Assembly (NCBI GenBank): GCA_040220235.1
Contig: JAVJTO010000044.1
Strand: one strand, 5' to 3'
Source of the DNA: Coleofasciculus sp. B1-GNL1-01
GTDB lineage: Bacteria > Cyanobacteriota > Cyanobacteriia > Cyanobacteriales > Coleofasciculaceae
DNA: 64,000 bases
The number at the start of each line of letters is the position of its first letter. The first letter of the stretch is position 1. Shown in pieces: positions 50,497-60,912 of the stretch. Made by a program: the position numbers and the translations under genes. The notes beneath the pieces are model-generated. The model was not told where the DNA came from and searched no databases. It was given only the letters and a program-made list of their open reading frames with translations.

Positions 50497-53400
50497 CTAC
50501 GAACGGATTTTTATGATTACCTTCCTTAACGGCTTGATCCCAAAGACAACTATCAATAACAGCAGGGTAAAGAGATTCCCGATAATCTGATCCGGTTCTG
50601 GTACACTAGCGGTGTTTCCAGTCGATGGTGTATCTGTTCCTTGATTATCCATTCCTTCAGGAGTCTCAACCGGGACATTGAGTTTTTTACCATCCTTGTT
50701 ATCGACTCGAATTTCTTCGGTAACGGCTACAAATGACGTATATTTGGACATTAAGCGATAATTGAGTGCTGTATCCGTCACCGCTTCGACTACCTCTGGC
50801 GTTTCACGACCATACATTTGATTCATTAATGCCTTAATCCGCGCCCGTCCCCACAGTTGCGCGATCGCACCATTCCCGCGCACCTCGTCAAAGTTCACGT
50901 CTAAGGTGGTTTCGTAGGGTTGACCTCCAGCCACCGTGCCGCTAATCTTAAGTTTGCCATTCGTGCGATCGCCTTTGCGTCCAAATACGACTAAGGGCTG
51001 GTTGGCAAATAAATCCCGTATCTTTTGGGGATAAAATTCTGGTGCGTTTCCTGTCCCCTCCCAACTGACTTGGATATTCGTCAAGACAGGATTATTAATC
51101 TCTTGGAAAAACTCCTTGGCGACAACCTCTGCTGATTCATTCGGGGGAACCACTTCAGCGGTTCCGCGCCCCAATTCCGCTAACCGTTCAATTAAAAAGC
51201 GATTCGTCGAAGACCCCACGCCAAAACTATACAAGCGATTTCCTGGCTTGAGGCGATCGCGAATTTGACCGATAATCTGTTCATCATCGCCAATTAATCC
51301 ATCGGTCAATAATACTACACTCCGCAACCGTCCCGCAGGTGCAGCCGGGAACTTCAATACGGTGTCAATCCCATTCATTAACTCAGTTCCGCCATTGGCA
51401 TTGAGGCGATTAATATAGTTGAGGGCTAACTTCCGGTTCTGGGGTGTATTCGCTAACGGTTTATCCGATAACTGAGTCGTACTATTGGCAAAATCAATAA
51501 TCGTAAACGTATCTTGGGGATTCAATCCCTGAATAAACTGGCGCATCAATTCCTTGGATTGGACAATGGGGGAACCGGATTGTGATCCAGAGGTATCGAC
51601 GAGGAATACTACATCCTTGGGGACAATTTCATTCTGTTGATACTCAATCGCCGGGATTAAATACGTGGCGAAATGACCCCCCCGTTCATCAGCTTGGGTT
51701 AAGACAGTGGCTTGCGTGTCTGCACCTGCGACTTGATAGCGTAAAATTAAGTCTTTATTCGGAATCGTCTCTTGATCTGCCAGTTCTACCCGTACCGTGG
51801 AACTCGTCTGTTGGGTGGTAACCGGATGAGAGGGCGATCGCACGTTACTGATAGGTACGCCTGCATCAATTTCGACGGTCACATCAATATCATGACCGGA
51901 TCGTCCTGGCGGTGCGATCGGAGGATTCACCTGTGCCGCATAAGCCACGTTTGTCGTCAGCGCTTGGTTTGTAGTCGGCGCTTTAGCGCTACCAACACTA
52001 TTCCCAGCCGTATATCGCGGTGCGACTACCATCGGAAACGCAAACTCATAATCCCCGCCCTCAAATTTCAGGCTATCGGTATAGCGAATCGTTACCTCAA
52101 TACTTTCTCCGGGTTTAATATTCGCCAGCGACTGAGTAAACACATTCGCCCGTTCTTGTTCTAATAACCCCGCCGTTTTTCCCGCTTTTTTCGCTTTCTC
52201 ATAAATTTGCTTGGCTTCCTGGCGTTTCTTAATCACGCCGCGAATAATCCGATCATCCAGTTGAATTTCCATATCATCCACCGCCGCTTCATCAGGGAGG
52301 GGGAATTTATAGACAGCTTCTAAGGGATGATCAAAGGGATTGGTAAAGGTTTGGGTAACTTCCACCCGCGACACATTCCCAGTAATTTTTGTGGCGACTT
52401 GGGTATGTTCTAAAGGGAATACCTGCTGTTGTCCATTAACGGTGGCGAAAAGTCCGCCAGTTTGACTCGATGATGATGTCGGTGACTTCTCCTGAATTGG
52501 ATTCGTAACCACTGGGTTACGGCGAGAAACCTGCTGGGTTACAGGTGATACTAGATACCGAATTCCGGCAAATCCCATAATCAATACTGTACTCGCCACC
52601 AACCATTGTGTTCCCTTGCTTCCACGCTGAGAAGTTAAATCCTTTAATACCGCCTCCGCCGACTGATAGCGCCGTTTAGTCGCACTTTGCAGCAAAGTAT
52701 TCAGAATCTTGGCTAAGGGTTTACTGATTGACCTGTTCGCGTTTAAATAATCCTGCCATACCCACGCATCTTCATGACTATCAAATAAATCAAAGGGCGG
52801 TATTTGCGTCAGCAGGTGAATACAGGTAACGCCTAAACTGTATAAATCACTGGCAAAAACAGCTTTTCCGCGCACCTGTTCCGGCGCGGTATAGGCGGCT
52901 GAACCAATCACCGTTCCGGTGCGTTCCAGAATGGTTTCTGTGGCAAACTTAGCCGCACCAAAATCCACTAACACCAGATTCCCATAACCGGGACGACGAA
53001 TAATATTTTCCGGTTTAATATCCCGGTGAATGACCTGATGACTATGGATAAATTGGAGAACAGGTAATAAATCGCGCAACAGCAGGCGGATTTTTAATTC
53101 ACTGAAAGGTCCTTCGCTGGCGAGTTCAGCGGCTAGGTTTTGTCCATGGATAAATTCTTGAACTAAATACTGACGCTTGTCTTGGCTAAAATAATCTAAT
53201 AATTGGGGAATTTGGGAATGATGTCCCAGCGTTTTTAAGCGTTGGGCTTCTTGTTCAAATAGTTCGGCAGCTTTTTCCTGATGCGTGGTGCTTGAGTGTT
53301 TGGGGAAAAACTGCTTAATCGCACAGTCGGGATGATTGGGATTGGATTCATCCACACCGCGAAAGGTTCTGCCAAAGCCACCTTGTCCTAGGGGATGAAT

Positions 53401-53553
53401 TGCCCGATAGCGACCGGATAATAGTAACTCTGAACCGCAACTGTGACAACTGACGGCATCTCGCGGATTCTCTGGATGCTGACAATCGGGGTTCAAGCAA
53501 TAGCACTGAGAGGGATGAGAGGCAGTGCTGTTTTCAGGGTTAGCGGTGGTCAT
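50497..53553 (-). CDS. 4-Cys prefix Ser/Thr kinase - TM - VIT - vWA - PEP-CTERM-like tail
   Basis: CLNPDC...CHSCG; HRDIKPEN and DFG; TM; VIT (FPLEHT...QTFTNP..LEAVYKFPLP); MIDAS DTSGS; VPEP followed by a hydrophobic helix and basic end. Confidence 0.9.
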   Translation of the reverse strand: MTTANPENSTASHPSQCYCLNPDCQHPENPRDAVSCHSCGSELLLSGRYRAIHPLGQGGFGRTFRGVDESNPNHPDCAIKQFFPKHSSTTHQEKAAELFEQEAQRLKTLGHHSQIPQLLDYFSQDKRQYLVQEFIHGQNLAAELASEGPFSELKIRLLLRDLLPVLQFIHSHQVIHRDIKPENIIRRPGYGNLVLVDFGAAKFATETILERTGTVIGSAAYTAPEQVRGKAVFASDLYSLGVTCIHLLTQIPPFDLFDSHEDAWVWQDYLNANRSISKPLAKILNTLLQSATKRRYQSAEAVLKDLTSQRGSKGTQWLVASTVLIMGFAGIRYLVSPVTQQVSRRNPVVTNPIQEKSPTSSSSQTGGLFATVNGQQQVFPLEHTQVATKITGNVSRVEVTQTFTNPFDHPLEAVYKFPLPDEAAVDDMEIQLDDRIIRGVIKKRQEAKQIYEKAKKAGKTAGLLEQERANVFTQSLANIKPGESIEVTIRYTDSLKFEGGDYEFAFPMVVAPRYTAGNSVGSAKAPTTNQALTTNVAYAAQVNPPIAPPGRSGHDIDVTVEIDAGVPISNVRSPSHPVTTQQTSSTVRVELADQETIPNKDLILRYQVAGADTQATVLTQADERGGHFATYLIPAIEYQQNEIVPKDVVFLVDTSGSQSGSPIVQSKELMRQFIQGLNPQDTFTIIDFANSTTQLSDKPLANTPQNRKLALNYINRLNANGGTELMNGIDTVLKFPAAPAGRLRSVVLLTDGLIGDDEQIIGQIRDRLKPGNRLYSFGVGSSTNRFLIERLAELGRGTAEVVPPNESAEVVAKEFFQEINNPVLTNIQVSWEGTGNAPEFYPQKIRDLFANQPLVVFGRKGDRTNGKLKISGTVAGGQPYETTLDVNFDEVRGNGAIAQLWGRARIKALMNQMYGRETPEVVEAVTDTALNYRLMSKYTSFVAVTEEIRVDNKDGKKLNVPVETPEGMDNQGTDTPSTGNTASVPEPDQIIGNLFTLLLLIVVFGIKPLRKVIIKIRS

Positions 53554-53740
53554 GGCATCCAGTTCTCTAAGTCCTTGAGGTTATTCTAGCTGGTGAGAAT
53601 GGAAAAAGGGGAATTGTAAATTACTGTTGCAATAATTAGAGTTGCTGCAATTTTTTTTTACAAAGGCTACCGTTGATCTAAGTCGTGGTGACATGTCTGT
53701 CCAGCCAAGACTGAAAACGACCTGATTATCAGGAGATTGT

Positions 53741-54802
53741 ATGCCATTATATGCAGAATTACACCGTCATCTGGGCGGTTCAGTGGTTCCTCGGATTCTC
53801 TGGCGATATTTTCAACGTCAAACTGATCCGTTGACCCAGAAATTTGCCGACTATGACGACTTTGAGGAATTTTACACGCGATCGCGCAATACACTAGATG
53901 AGTATTTGGAACTGCACACCTTAGTCGAACATGTACAAACGGCGCAAACGTTGCCCTATTTTATTTATCGCTTAATTCGCGGCGCGTATATCTTTGAAAA
54001 TTTAGCCTATTTAGAACTGCGGTATACGCCTTATTTACGCACATCGGAACAATTAAGTCAATCGGAACGGATTGATCAGATGGCGCAGATTGTGGAGATT
54101 GTCGGACAAGCCAGTCAAGTCCAGGATTATCCGATGGTAACCAGTCAAATTCTCTGTATGCATGCGCGGCTTCCCTATAACGTGAATAAGGCAATTGTAG
54201 ACCTCGCCGCCCAAAGAAAGGATTATGTCTGTGGGGTGGATTTGGCAGGAGGAGATGCCCATTATGGGGAACGGTTAGCCGAATTTGTCGGACTCTATCA
54301 GTATGCGCGATCGCTCGGTCTGAATACAACAGGTCATCTCTACGAAACCAGCGACGGTTGTTATCCGGAACTGTTACCTTATTTAATGCGGATTGGTCAT
54401 GGAATTCATATTCCCTTAAAGTATCCAGCGTTGTTAAAAGAAGTTGCCCAGCGACAGCAATGTTTAGAAGTCTGTCCCACCACCTACTTAAAAACCGGAA
54501 CCCTGGAGGATATTCAGCAACTTAAAATCGTCTTTGATTCCTGTTTCGAGGCGGGGGTGGATATTGCCATTTGTACCGATAACGCCGGATTAAATAATGT
54601 GCGGTTACCCTTTGAGTACGAAAACCTATTAACTCAAGATATTATTGATTTTGAGCAAATGCAAGCCTGTCAAGATGCTGCCTTTCGTCACGCCTTTGCT
54701 TGGCCCCATCAACAGCATCCCGCCTCTCTATTAACCGGATTGTTGAAAAATCCCAGAGATGAGGTAGTCACCGCCAATGGTACGCCCAGAACCAAAGATT
54801 AA
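53741..54802 (+). CDS. Adenosine deaminase family protein
   Basis: AELHRHLGG, YLELR, GVDLAG, RIGHG, EVCP and TDN motifs. Confidence 0.9.
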   Translation: MPLYAELHRHLGGSVVPRILWRYFQRQTDPLTQKFADYDDFEEFYTRSRNTLDEYLELHTLVEHVQTAQTLPYFIYRLIRGAYIFENLAYLELRYTPYLRTSEQLSQSERIDQMAQIVEIVGQASQVQDYPMVTSQILCMHARLPYNVNKAIVDLAAQRKDYVCGVDLAGGDAHYGERLAEFVGLYQYARSLGLNTTGHLYETSDGCYPELLPYLMRIGHGIHIPLKYPALLKEVAQRQQCLEVCPTTYLKTGTLEDIQQLKIVFDSCFEAGVDIAICTDNAGLNNVRLPFEYENLLTQDIIDFEQMQACQDAAFRHAFAWPHQQHPASLLTGLLKNPRDEVVTANGTPRTKD

Positions 54803-54998
54803 CTGGTAGATACCCGCTGACATAAATTAACACCCTGTAGGGGCGACCCGCTTGCATCAATTAACAACGGTGATCCACTCGATTTGATCGGGTCGCCCTC
54901 TCTTCCTGTTTAAGCGAAGATAATATCAAAGACTGTTCGTTACCCTCATTTCTAGATGGCGTGAAAAGTCAGCTAATGACTATTCTAATAGTATTACC

Positions 54999-55538
54999 CT
55001 ATTCAACATCATTAATAATTTTAAATTCATTCGATATACGTTCCGACAACGGTAATAATTCGGCTTCATTTACCGGATCAGATAATTCTTGATAAATGTC
55101 CCGAACTAATCGATACCGACCCGGAATAGTAGCGTCGAACGTAGGTGCAGCATTATATCCAGGCAAATAACCATAAACCTGATAAGTATCTCGGTATGTC
55201 TCTCCTGGAGGAATTTCCCAAGGCGGACTTAAACATTCATTCTCTACCGGAGAATATACCGTTTCCCATTCCCCATCCCTATATTTTTGTAATTGAGGCG
55301 CAGACGGTTGGTGACAACCGATTAAATAAACAGTATTGCCTGTCGTATTCGTATATTCAGTTTCAATGGTCAATTTAACCCCGGGTTTAGGATTATTTAC
55401 AATCTCGGCATAATAGCTTAATTGATCAGTACGAATCGCCGAGTTGCCTATTGTCTGTGATGTTGCTGAACAGGCTACGGTTACACTTGCTAATGCTATA
55501 CCCATCCATCTAATTCTCTGGTTAAATTTCATCGTCAT
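54999..55538 (-). CDS. Putative lipoprotein (Ig-like)
   Basis: Lipobox-like VTVAC; beta-rich body with an internal Cys pair. Confidence 0.65.
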   Translation of the reverse strand: MTMKFNQRIRWMGIALASVTVACSATSQTIGNSAIRTDQLSYYAEIVNNPKPGVKLTIETEYTNTTGNTVYLIGCHQPSAPQLQKYRDGEWETVYSPVENECLSPPWEIPPGETYRDTYQVYGYLPGYNAAPTFDATIPGRYRLVRDIYQELSDPVNEAELLPLSERISNEFKIINDVE

Positions 55539-55560
55539 GCCTACTTGATTTGCAGATACT

Positions 55561-55633
55561 TATATGATGTCCGAACCCATCACCCCTACTCCCTATCACC
55601 GTAATTATGGGTATTCAACCGGACATGATATTA
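55561..55633. mobile_element. Short element with inverted ends ATATGATGTCCG / CGGACATGATAT
   Basis: 11/12 inverted match flanked by TA. Confidence 0.55.
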
Positions 55634-55749
55634 AAATATAACTTGACTTATTGGCGGGTGTCACGGCTAGCCACAGATGAAAACTCTGACCCACTAGACT
55701 CATACCTTTCGGAAAAAGTTCCTCAATTCAACTAATTTACCTTCGTTGG

Positions 55750-55859
55750 TAAGTACCTGGACATAAATTCTGTACGCTGTACTAAGAATGCTAACAAGCC
55801 TCAAATCTCTCCTGTTCCCTGTTCTCAACCGTTAACATTAATGAAAGTCCGACTACTTA
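55750..55859. mobile_element. MITE family B
   Basis: TAAGTACCTGGACA...GTCCGACTACTTA; related to 882-1004, 1746-1780 and 49755-49811. Confidence 0.65.
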
Positions 55860-55942
55860 CAAGGGATACTGAGTAACCTCCTGTATGGCTTAAATGATTT
55901 TCCCTTGAAGTCCTAAAACCTTCTGGCTTGTTGCGCTTTTGT

Positions 55943-57571
55943 TTAGGGTTTAACTGGTGGGTAACTCTCTTTAAAATGTCGCATTACTTCTTGATAAATT
56001 TCACTACTTACGCGACTACCCCGTCTAAAGTCTTCTAGCTTGGCATTATCTAAATAGAATTCAATAGTAAATTTAATTAAGGTAAATCCCTCATATTGGG
56101 ATGTTCCCTTCATCCTAATTTTTGGTTCCTGCCGTTGACTTCTAGCTTGTTTAAATCGCTCCCGCAACCATTTGACTAAATCCAGGACATAATCATCGAG
56201 CCGGGTTTCTTCCCGATGAGGATTGCTAATTTTCTGAAAAACTCGTTGAAACCGTCGTTTTAATAGTTCAATTTTTCGTTCCCATTCATCAGGTAAAATA
56301 TATTGATCTTCATCGCGTAAATCTGGATCTCTTAACCACAGGCGATACCATTCCCGCACCAAACCAATTAATGTGTCTTGCGATTCATTTTCTTCCAACT
56401 CAAAAATGATCCGTTTATTCTGCCGTCTTTGCACAACTTCTAAACCCACTTGTTGAAGAACATCCTCATATTCTTGTTGGATCGTTTCAATTTCTTCAAT
56501 ATTTAGACCGCCTTTTTCGGCAAATTGAATCGTTACCATCAGGGCTTCTAACGATTGTTCAATATCTTCGAGTTTGAGATTTACATCATTTTCCAGAAGT
56601 AGACGCTGACGACCTACTTTTTTTTTATAGGCAAAATTAGTTTCTAAGTTATCTACAACAAAGAAATCATCTATATGGGTTAATTTTTTGTCAATATCTC
56701 CTAATGTATCCGGATGAGCAAAAACAATTTCCCACATGAGCTGCTGACTTTCTTCTAAGTCACATTCAGGTGGTATTTCTATCGGCAATGCGTAGAAGTG
56801 ATGGGGAATCGGGCGACTTAAATTGGTAATCAATTGACCTTGTAAAACGCTATTGGGGATATAGACTTCACTGCGGTCATCAAATATATAAAGTTGAGTC
56901 ACGCGCACGCCAATCTTTCGCAGCATACCAATGGAGCCATTTTCTAACTCCAGAATGTCACCAAATTGAAATGGCGTGTCAATCAATAGAACAATTCCAC
57001 TAAAGAAGTTCGCTAAAATATCTTTAACCGCAAACCCGATAATAAACGTCGCCCCACCCAAAGTGACCCAAATCCCCGTTAAATCAACACCAAAGGATTG
57101 GAGAACAAACGCACTACCCAAAAGAAAAATAACAAACGGGACAACCCCTTCAAGGAGAGGCAGCAGCACATTGTCCCACATCGCTTCCGTTTGTCGGGCA
57201 TAATCTTTGAGGTAGTAGACAAAAACTTGAATAAATAACTGGATCAACCAATAACTGACTGCCACAATAATGCCAGCAGTCAACAGGCGATCAAACCAGC
57301 CGATGGTATCCCCAGAATCAAGATCCGCAAAGGAAACCTTTAAACTAACCAGAATGAAAATGCTCAGGATGGGATAGGCGGAGACATTCAGGGTAACCAG
57401 GGCAATATCGCTCTCAAACTTCCGAAAAATGGAGCGCAGCCCATAAAATAAGATGACATAGAGGAGACAGGCTCCTAGGGCAGCGATCGCCAGCTTCCCC
57501 AAAACGAACCCAATGGTCTGTAAGGGAATGACAGTCAATGCAGTAAATAGAATCAGAGTGTTGATGTTCAT
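55943..57571 (-). CDS. MscS family mechanosensitive channel
   Basis: TM helices; IGFAVKDILANFFSG, PFQFGD, IGVRVT and YIPNS motifs. Confidence 0.92.
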   Translation of the reverse strand: MNINTLILFTALTVIPLQTIGFVLGKLAIAALGACLLYVILFYGLRSIFRKFESDIALVTLNVSAYPILSIFILVSLKVSFADLDSGDTIGWFDRLLTAGIIVAVSYWLIQLFIQVFVYYLKDYARQTEAMWDNVLLPLLEGVVPFVIFLLGSAFVLQSFGVDLTGIWVTLGGATFIIGFAVKDILANFFSGIVLLIDTPFQFGDILELENGSIGMLRKIGVRVTQLYIFDDRSEVYIPNSVLQGQLITNLSRPIPHHFYALPIEIPPECDLEESQQLMWEIVFAHPDTLGDIDKKLTHIDDFFVVDNLETNFAYKKKVGRQRLLLENDVNLKLEDIEQSLEALMVTIQFAEKGGLNIEEIETIQQEYEDVLQQVGLEVVQRRQNKRIIFELEENESQDTLIGLVREWYRLWLRDPDLRDEDQYILPDEWERKIELLKRRFQRVFQKISNPHREETRLDDYVLDLVKWLRERFKQARSQRQEPKIRMKGTSQYEGFTLIKFTIEFYLDNAKLEDFRRGSRVSSEIYQEVMRHFKESYPPVKP

Positions 57572-57806
57572 GGTTGATTGCCACGTAGCTTGCTTAAAGG
57601 CGAAGGAGTACCACGTAGCTTACTTCTCTCTTCGCAAGTACCATGAACATGATATGATGAATAGCCCAACTGGATGCCAGTTGGTGAAGCGACTACCGAT
57701 GGGTTTGATGATTCCCCTTTCGGATAAGATGAGAAAATGCAAAGGAACCAAGTAACATAAGCTTGATAACGTTCTAGCTAGCAAGTCGGTTGAGGTATAC
57801 AAGTAA

Positions 57807-58055
57807 ATGAACCAAGAAATTTTCGATAGAGTCAAAAAAATCGTGGCGGAACAACTGGAAGTTGAACCCGGTGACGTAACCCCTCAAGCTAACTTTGCCA
57901 ATGATCTCAATGCCGACTCCCTGGACGTGGTGGAATTGGTCATGGCTTTAGAGGAAGAGTTCGATATCGAGATTCCAGACGAAGCCGCCGAACAGATTGC
58001 CACAGTCCAAGCGGCTGTGGACTATATCAGCTCAAAAACAGAAGCGGCGGCGTAA
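57807..58055 (+). CDS. acpP: Acyl carrier protein
   Basis: [27 protein letters not shown] motif. Confidence 0.97.
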   Translation: MNQEIFDRVKKIVAEQLEVEPGDVTPQANFANDLNADSLDVVELVMALEEEFDIEIPDEAAEQIATVQAAVDYISSKTEAAA

Positions 58056-58118
58056 TTAGCGGTTATCTTCTCGACTAAGTTCTGCGTTCTCAGGCAGTTT
58101 CCCTGTTTTATTGGCATC

Positions 58119-59372
58119 ATGACAAACATTGAACTCAAGCGCGTTGTTATTACAGGTTTAGGCGCGATCACTCCCATCGGCAATACTTTGGCGGAGTATT
58201 GGGACGGACTTTTAAGTGGGCGTAATGGGATTAGTACGATTACCCGGTTTGACCCGTCCCGTCATGCTTGTCGGATAGCGGGCGAAGTCACGGGGTTTAA
58301 TCCCCATGATTATATGGATCGCAAAGAAGCCAAACGGATGGATCGCTTTGCCCAATTTGGCGTCGCGGCGAGTAAACAAGCGATCGCGGATGCGAAGTTT
58401 GTCATTAATGAACTGAACGCAGAACAGGTGGGTGTCGTTATTGGCACCGGGGTTGGCGGGATTAAAGTCATGGAAGACCAACAAGAGGTCTACTTGAATC
58501 GCGGTCCCGATCGCTGTAGTCCGTTTATGATTCCGATGATGATTGCCAATATGGCAGCCGGACTTACGGCAATTCATACCGGGGCAAAGGGACCAAATAC
58601 CTGTACCGTCAGCGCCTGTGCCTCTGGTGCCCATGGGGTAGGAGATGCCTTTCGCTTGATTCAACGGGGGTATGCCCAGGCGATGATTTGTGGGGGAACG
58701 GAAGCCGCCGTAACTCCGTTATCCGTGGCAGGGTTTGCTTCGGCAAAAGCCCTGTCTACCCGCAATGATGACCCTGAACATGCCTGTCGTCCCTTTGATC
58801 GCGATCGCGATGGCTTTGTTATGGGTGAAGGGGCAGGCATTTTAATCCTAGAAGAACTAGAACACGCCTTGAGTCGAGGGGCGCGGATTTATGCCGAAAT
58901 GGTCGGGTATGGCATGACCTGTGATGCCTATCATATGACCTCACCCGTACCCGGTGGTGAAGGGGCAGTCCGGGCAATGCAGTTGGCACTCAAGGATGGG
59001 GGATTGCAGCCTGAAGATGTCAGCTATATTAATGCCCACGGCACGAGTACGCCTGTTAATGATCCCACAGAAACCACTGCGATTAAAAAGGTTTTGGGCG
59101 ATCATGCCTACAAAATTGCCGTCAGTTCCACCAAATCGATGACGGGTCATCTGTTAGGCGGTTCTGGGGGGATTGAATCCGTCGCCTCTGTCTTAGCCGT
59201 CGCCCATGACCACATTCCACCAACGATTAATTTAGAAAATCCCGATCCAGAGTGTGATCTCGATTATGTCCCCAATCAAAGCCGCCAGCAAACCGTAGAC
59301 GTAGCCCTATCCAATTCCTTTGGTTTTGGCGGTCATAATGTCACCTTAGTCTTCAAGAAATACCGGGCATAA
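58119..59372 (+). CDS. fabF: Beta-ketoacyl-ACP synthase II
   Basis: SACASG, NAHGTST, KSMTGH and NSFGFGG motifs. Confidence 0.97.
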   Translation: MTNIELKRVVITGLGAITPIGNTLAEYWDGLLSGRNGISTITRFDPSRHACRIAGEVTGFNPHDYMDRKEAKRMDRFAQFGVAASKQAIADAKFVINELNAEQVGVVIGTGVGGIKVMEDQQEVYLNRGPDRCSPFMIPMMIANMAAGLTAIHTGAKGPNTCTVSACASGAHGVGDAFRLIQRGYAQAMICGGTEAAVTPLSVAGFASAKALSTRNDDPEHACRPFDRDRDGFVMGEGAGILILEELEHALSRGARIYAEMVGYGMTCDAYHMTSPVPGGEGAVRAMQLALKDGGLQPEDVSYINAHGTSTPVNDPTETTAIKKVLGDHAYKIAVSSTKSMTGHLLGGSGGIESVASVLAVAHDHIPPTINLENPDPECDLDYVPNQSRQQTVDVALSNSFGFGGHNVTLVFKKYRA

Positions 59373-59480
59373 CCTTCGTTCGTACATTCGCTCGTAGTTG
59401 CGCTTTAGCGCCATACACAGCATGGGGAACCTGTCAACGGAAAGCTAACATAAACAAAACTCTCTACCCAAAGTCCGCCC

Positions 59481-60718
59481 ATGCCCAAATGGTTTAACAC
59501 GGCAGGTCCGTGCAAAGCGGACATACACTACATGCTCTCCCCCTTAGATCGGCTACCCCAGCTAGACCGACTAATTGAGCAGCAGGGCTACTTTGTCATC
59601 CATGCGCCCCGGCAAACAGGCAAAACCACCGCCATGCTAACGCTGGCACAGCAGCTTACCGCCAGTGGACGCTATACGGCTGTCATGGTATCCGCAGAAG
59701 TGGGCGCGGCTTTTCCCCATGATCCGGGAATGGCAGAACGGGCAATCCTGGATGCCTGGAAAGAGGATGCCACCTTTTGGCTACCCCCCGATATTTTACC
59801 GCCCCAGAAGTCGCCCAGCTATATGCACAACACACGGCTGAAACGGGTCAAGTCTTTTCCCCCGAAGCGATACAACGGGCTTTTGAATTAACTCAAGGAC
59901 AACCTTGGTTGGTGAATGCCCTCGCCCGACAACTTGTGGAAGTTGTAGTGCCTGATCTGCAACAGGTGATCACCATTGATCATTTGGAACAAGCCAAGGA
60001 AATTTTGATTCAACGGCAAGATACCCATCTGGATAGTTTAGCCCACTTGTTGCGGGAAGACCGAGTACGGGTCATTCTGGAGCCGATTTTAGCAGGACAA
60101 GAATTGGGGGATATACCGAATGATGACCGACAGTTTTTGGTGGATTTAGGCTTGGTGGTGCGCCATCCTGCTGGAGGATTAACCCCAGCGAATCCGATTT
60201 ACCGGGAAGTTTTACCGAGGGTATTAGCAAGTGGACCCCAGGATAGTTTGCCCGTGATTCACCCCAGTTGGCTAACCCGTGAGGGGAAACTGGATTCGGA
60301 GCAACTTCTGGAGGCGTTTCTCAGGTTTTGGCGTCAGCATGGAGAACCCTTACTCAAAAGTGCGCCCTATCATGAGATTGCGCCCCATTTGGTATTGATG
60401 GCATTTTTGCATCGGGTGGTGAATGGGGGTGGTATCCTAGAGCGGGAGTATGCGATTGGTACAGATCGGATGGATTTGTGTCTGCGTTATGGGAACGTCA
60501 CGTTGGCGATGGAGTTGAAGGTGTGGCGCGAGGGACGCCCCGATCCGATTAAAGCGGGATTGGAGCAAATTGATCGCGATTTGGCGGGGTTAAAACTTGA
60601 TACAGGATGGCTAGTGATTTTCGATCAACGTCCGGGATTGCCGCCTATTGCCCAGCGTACCACCACAGCATCGGCAATCACTCCAGGCGATCGCGCTATT
60701 GTGGTGATTCGGGGATGA
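59481..60718 (+). pseudogene. AAA-type ATPase with C-terminal PD-(D/E)XK-like domain, internally deleted and frameshifted
   Basis: FNTAGPC and APRQTGKT in the first frame; jump at ~59790 to FTAPEVAQLY...GQPWLVN...REYAIG..RMDL...ELK. No Walker B segment in either piece. Confidence 0.75.
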
Positions 60719-60912
60719 GCAACCCCCTACTCCCCACGATTTACCAAACGAACCCCCAATCGCCAAATTTTAGCCCAGCTTATACTAGGAAGTCTTGATC
60801 ATCGATCCCCCTAATGGGATGATGAGTGTATCCTTGGGGAAAGAGAAACCCTTGCTTTACGGAAATAATTTTGCGTTAAACCCTAGTTTCCTGGAGTCAT
60901 TAGATAACACCT

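Noticed and set aside
59760..59900. Programmed frameshift joining the two AAA ORFs
   Set aside because: A joined product would still lack Walker B, so deletion is the better explanation.
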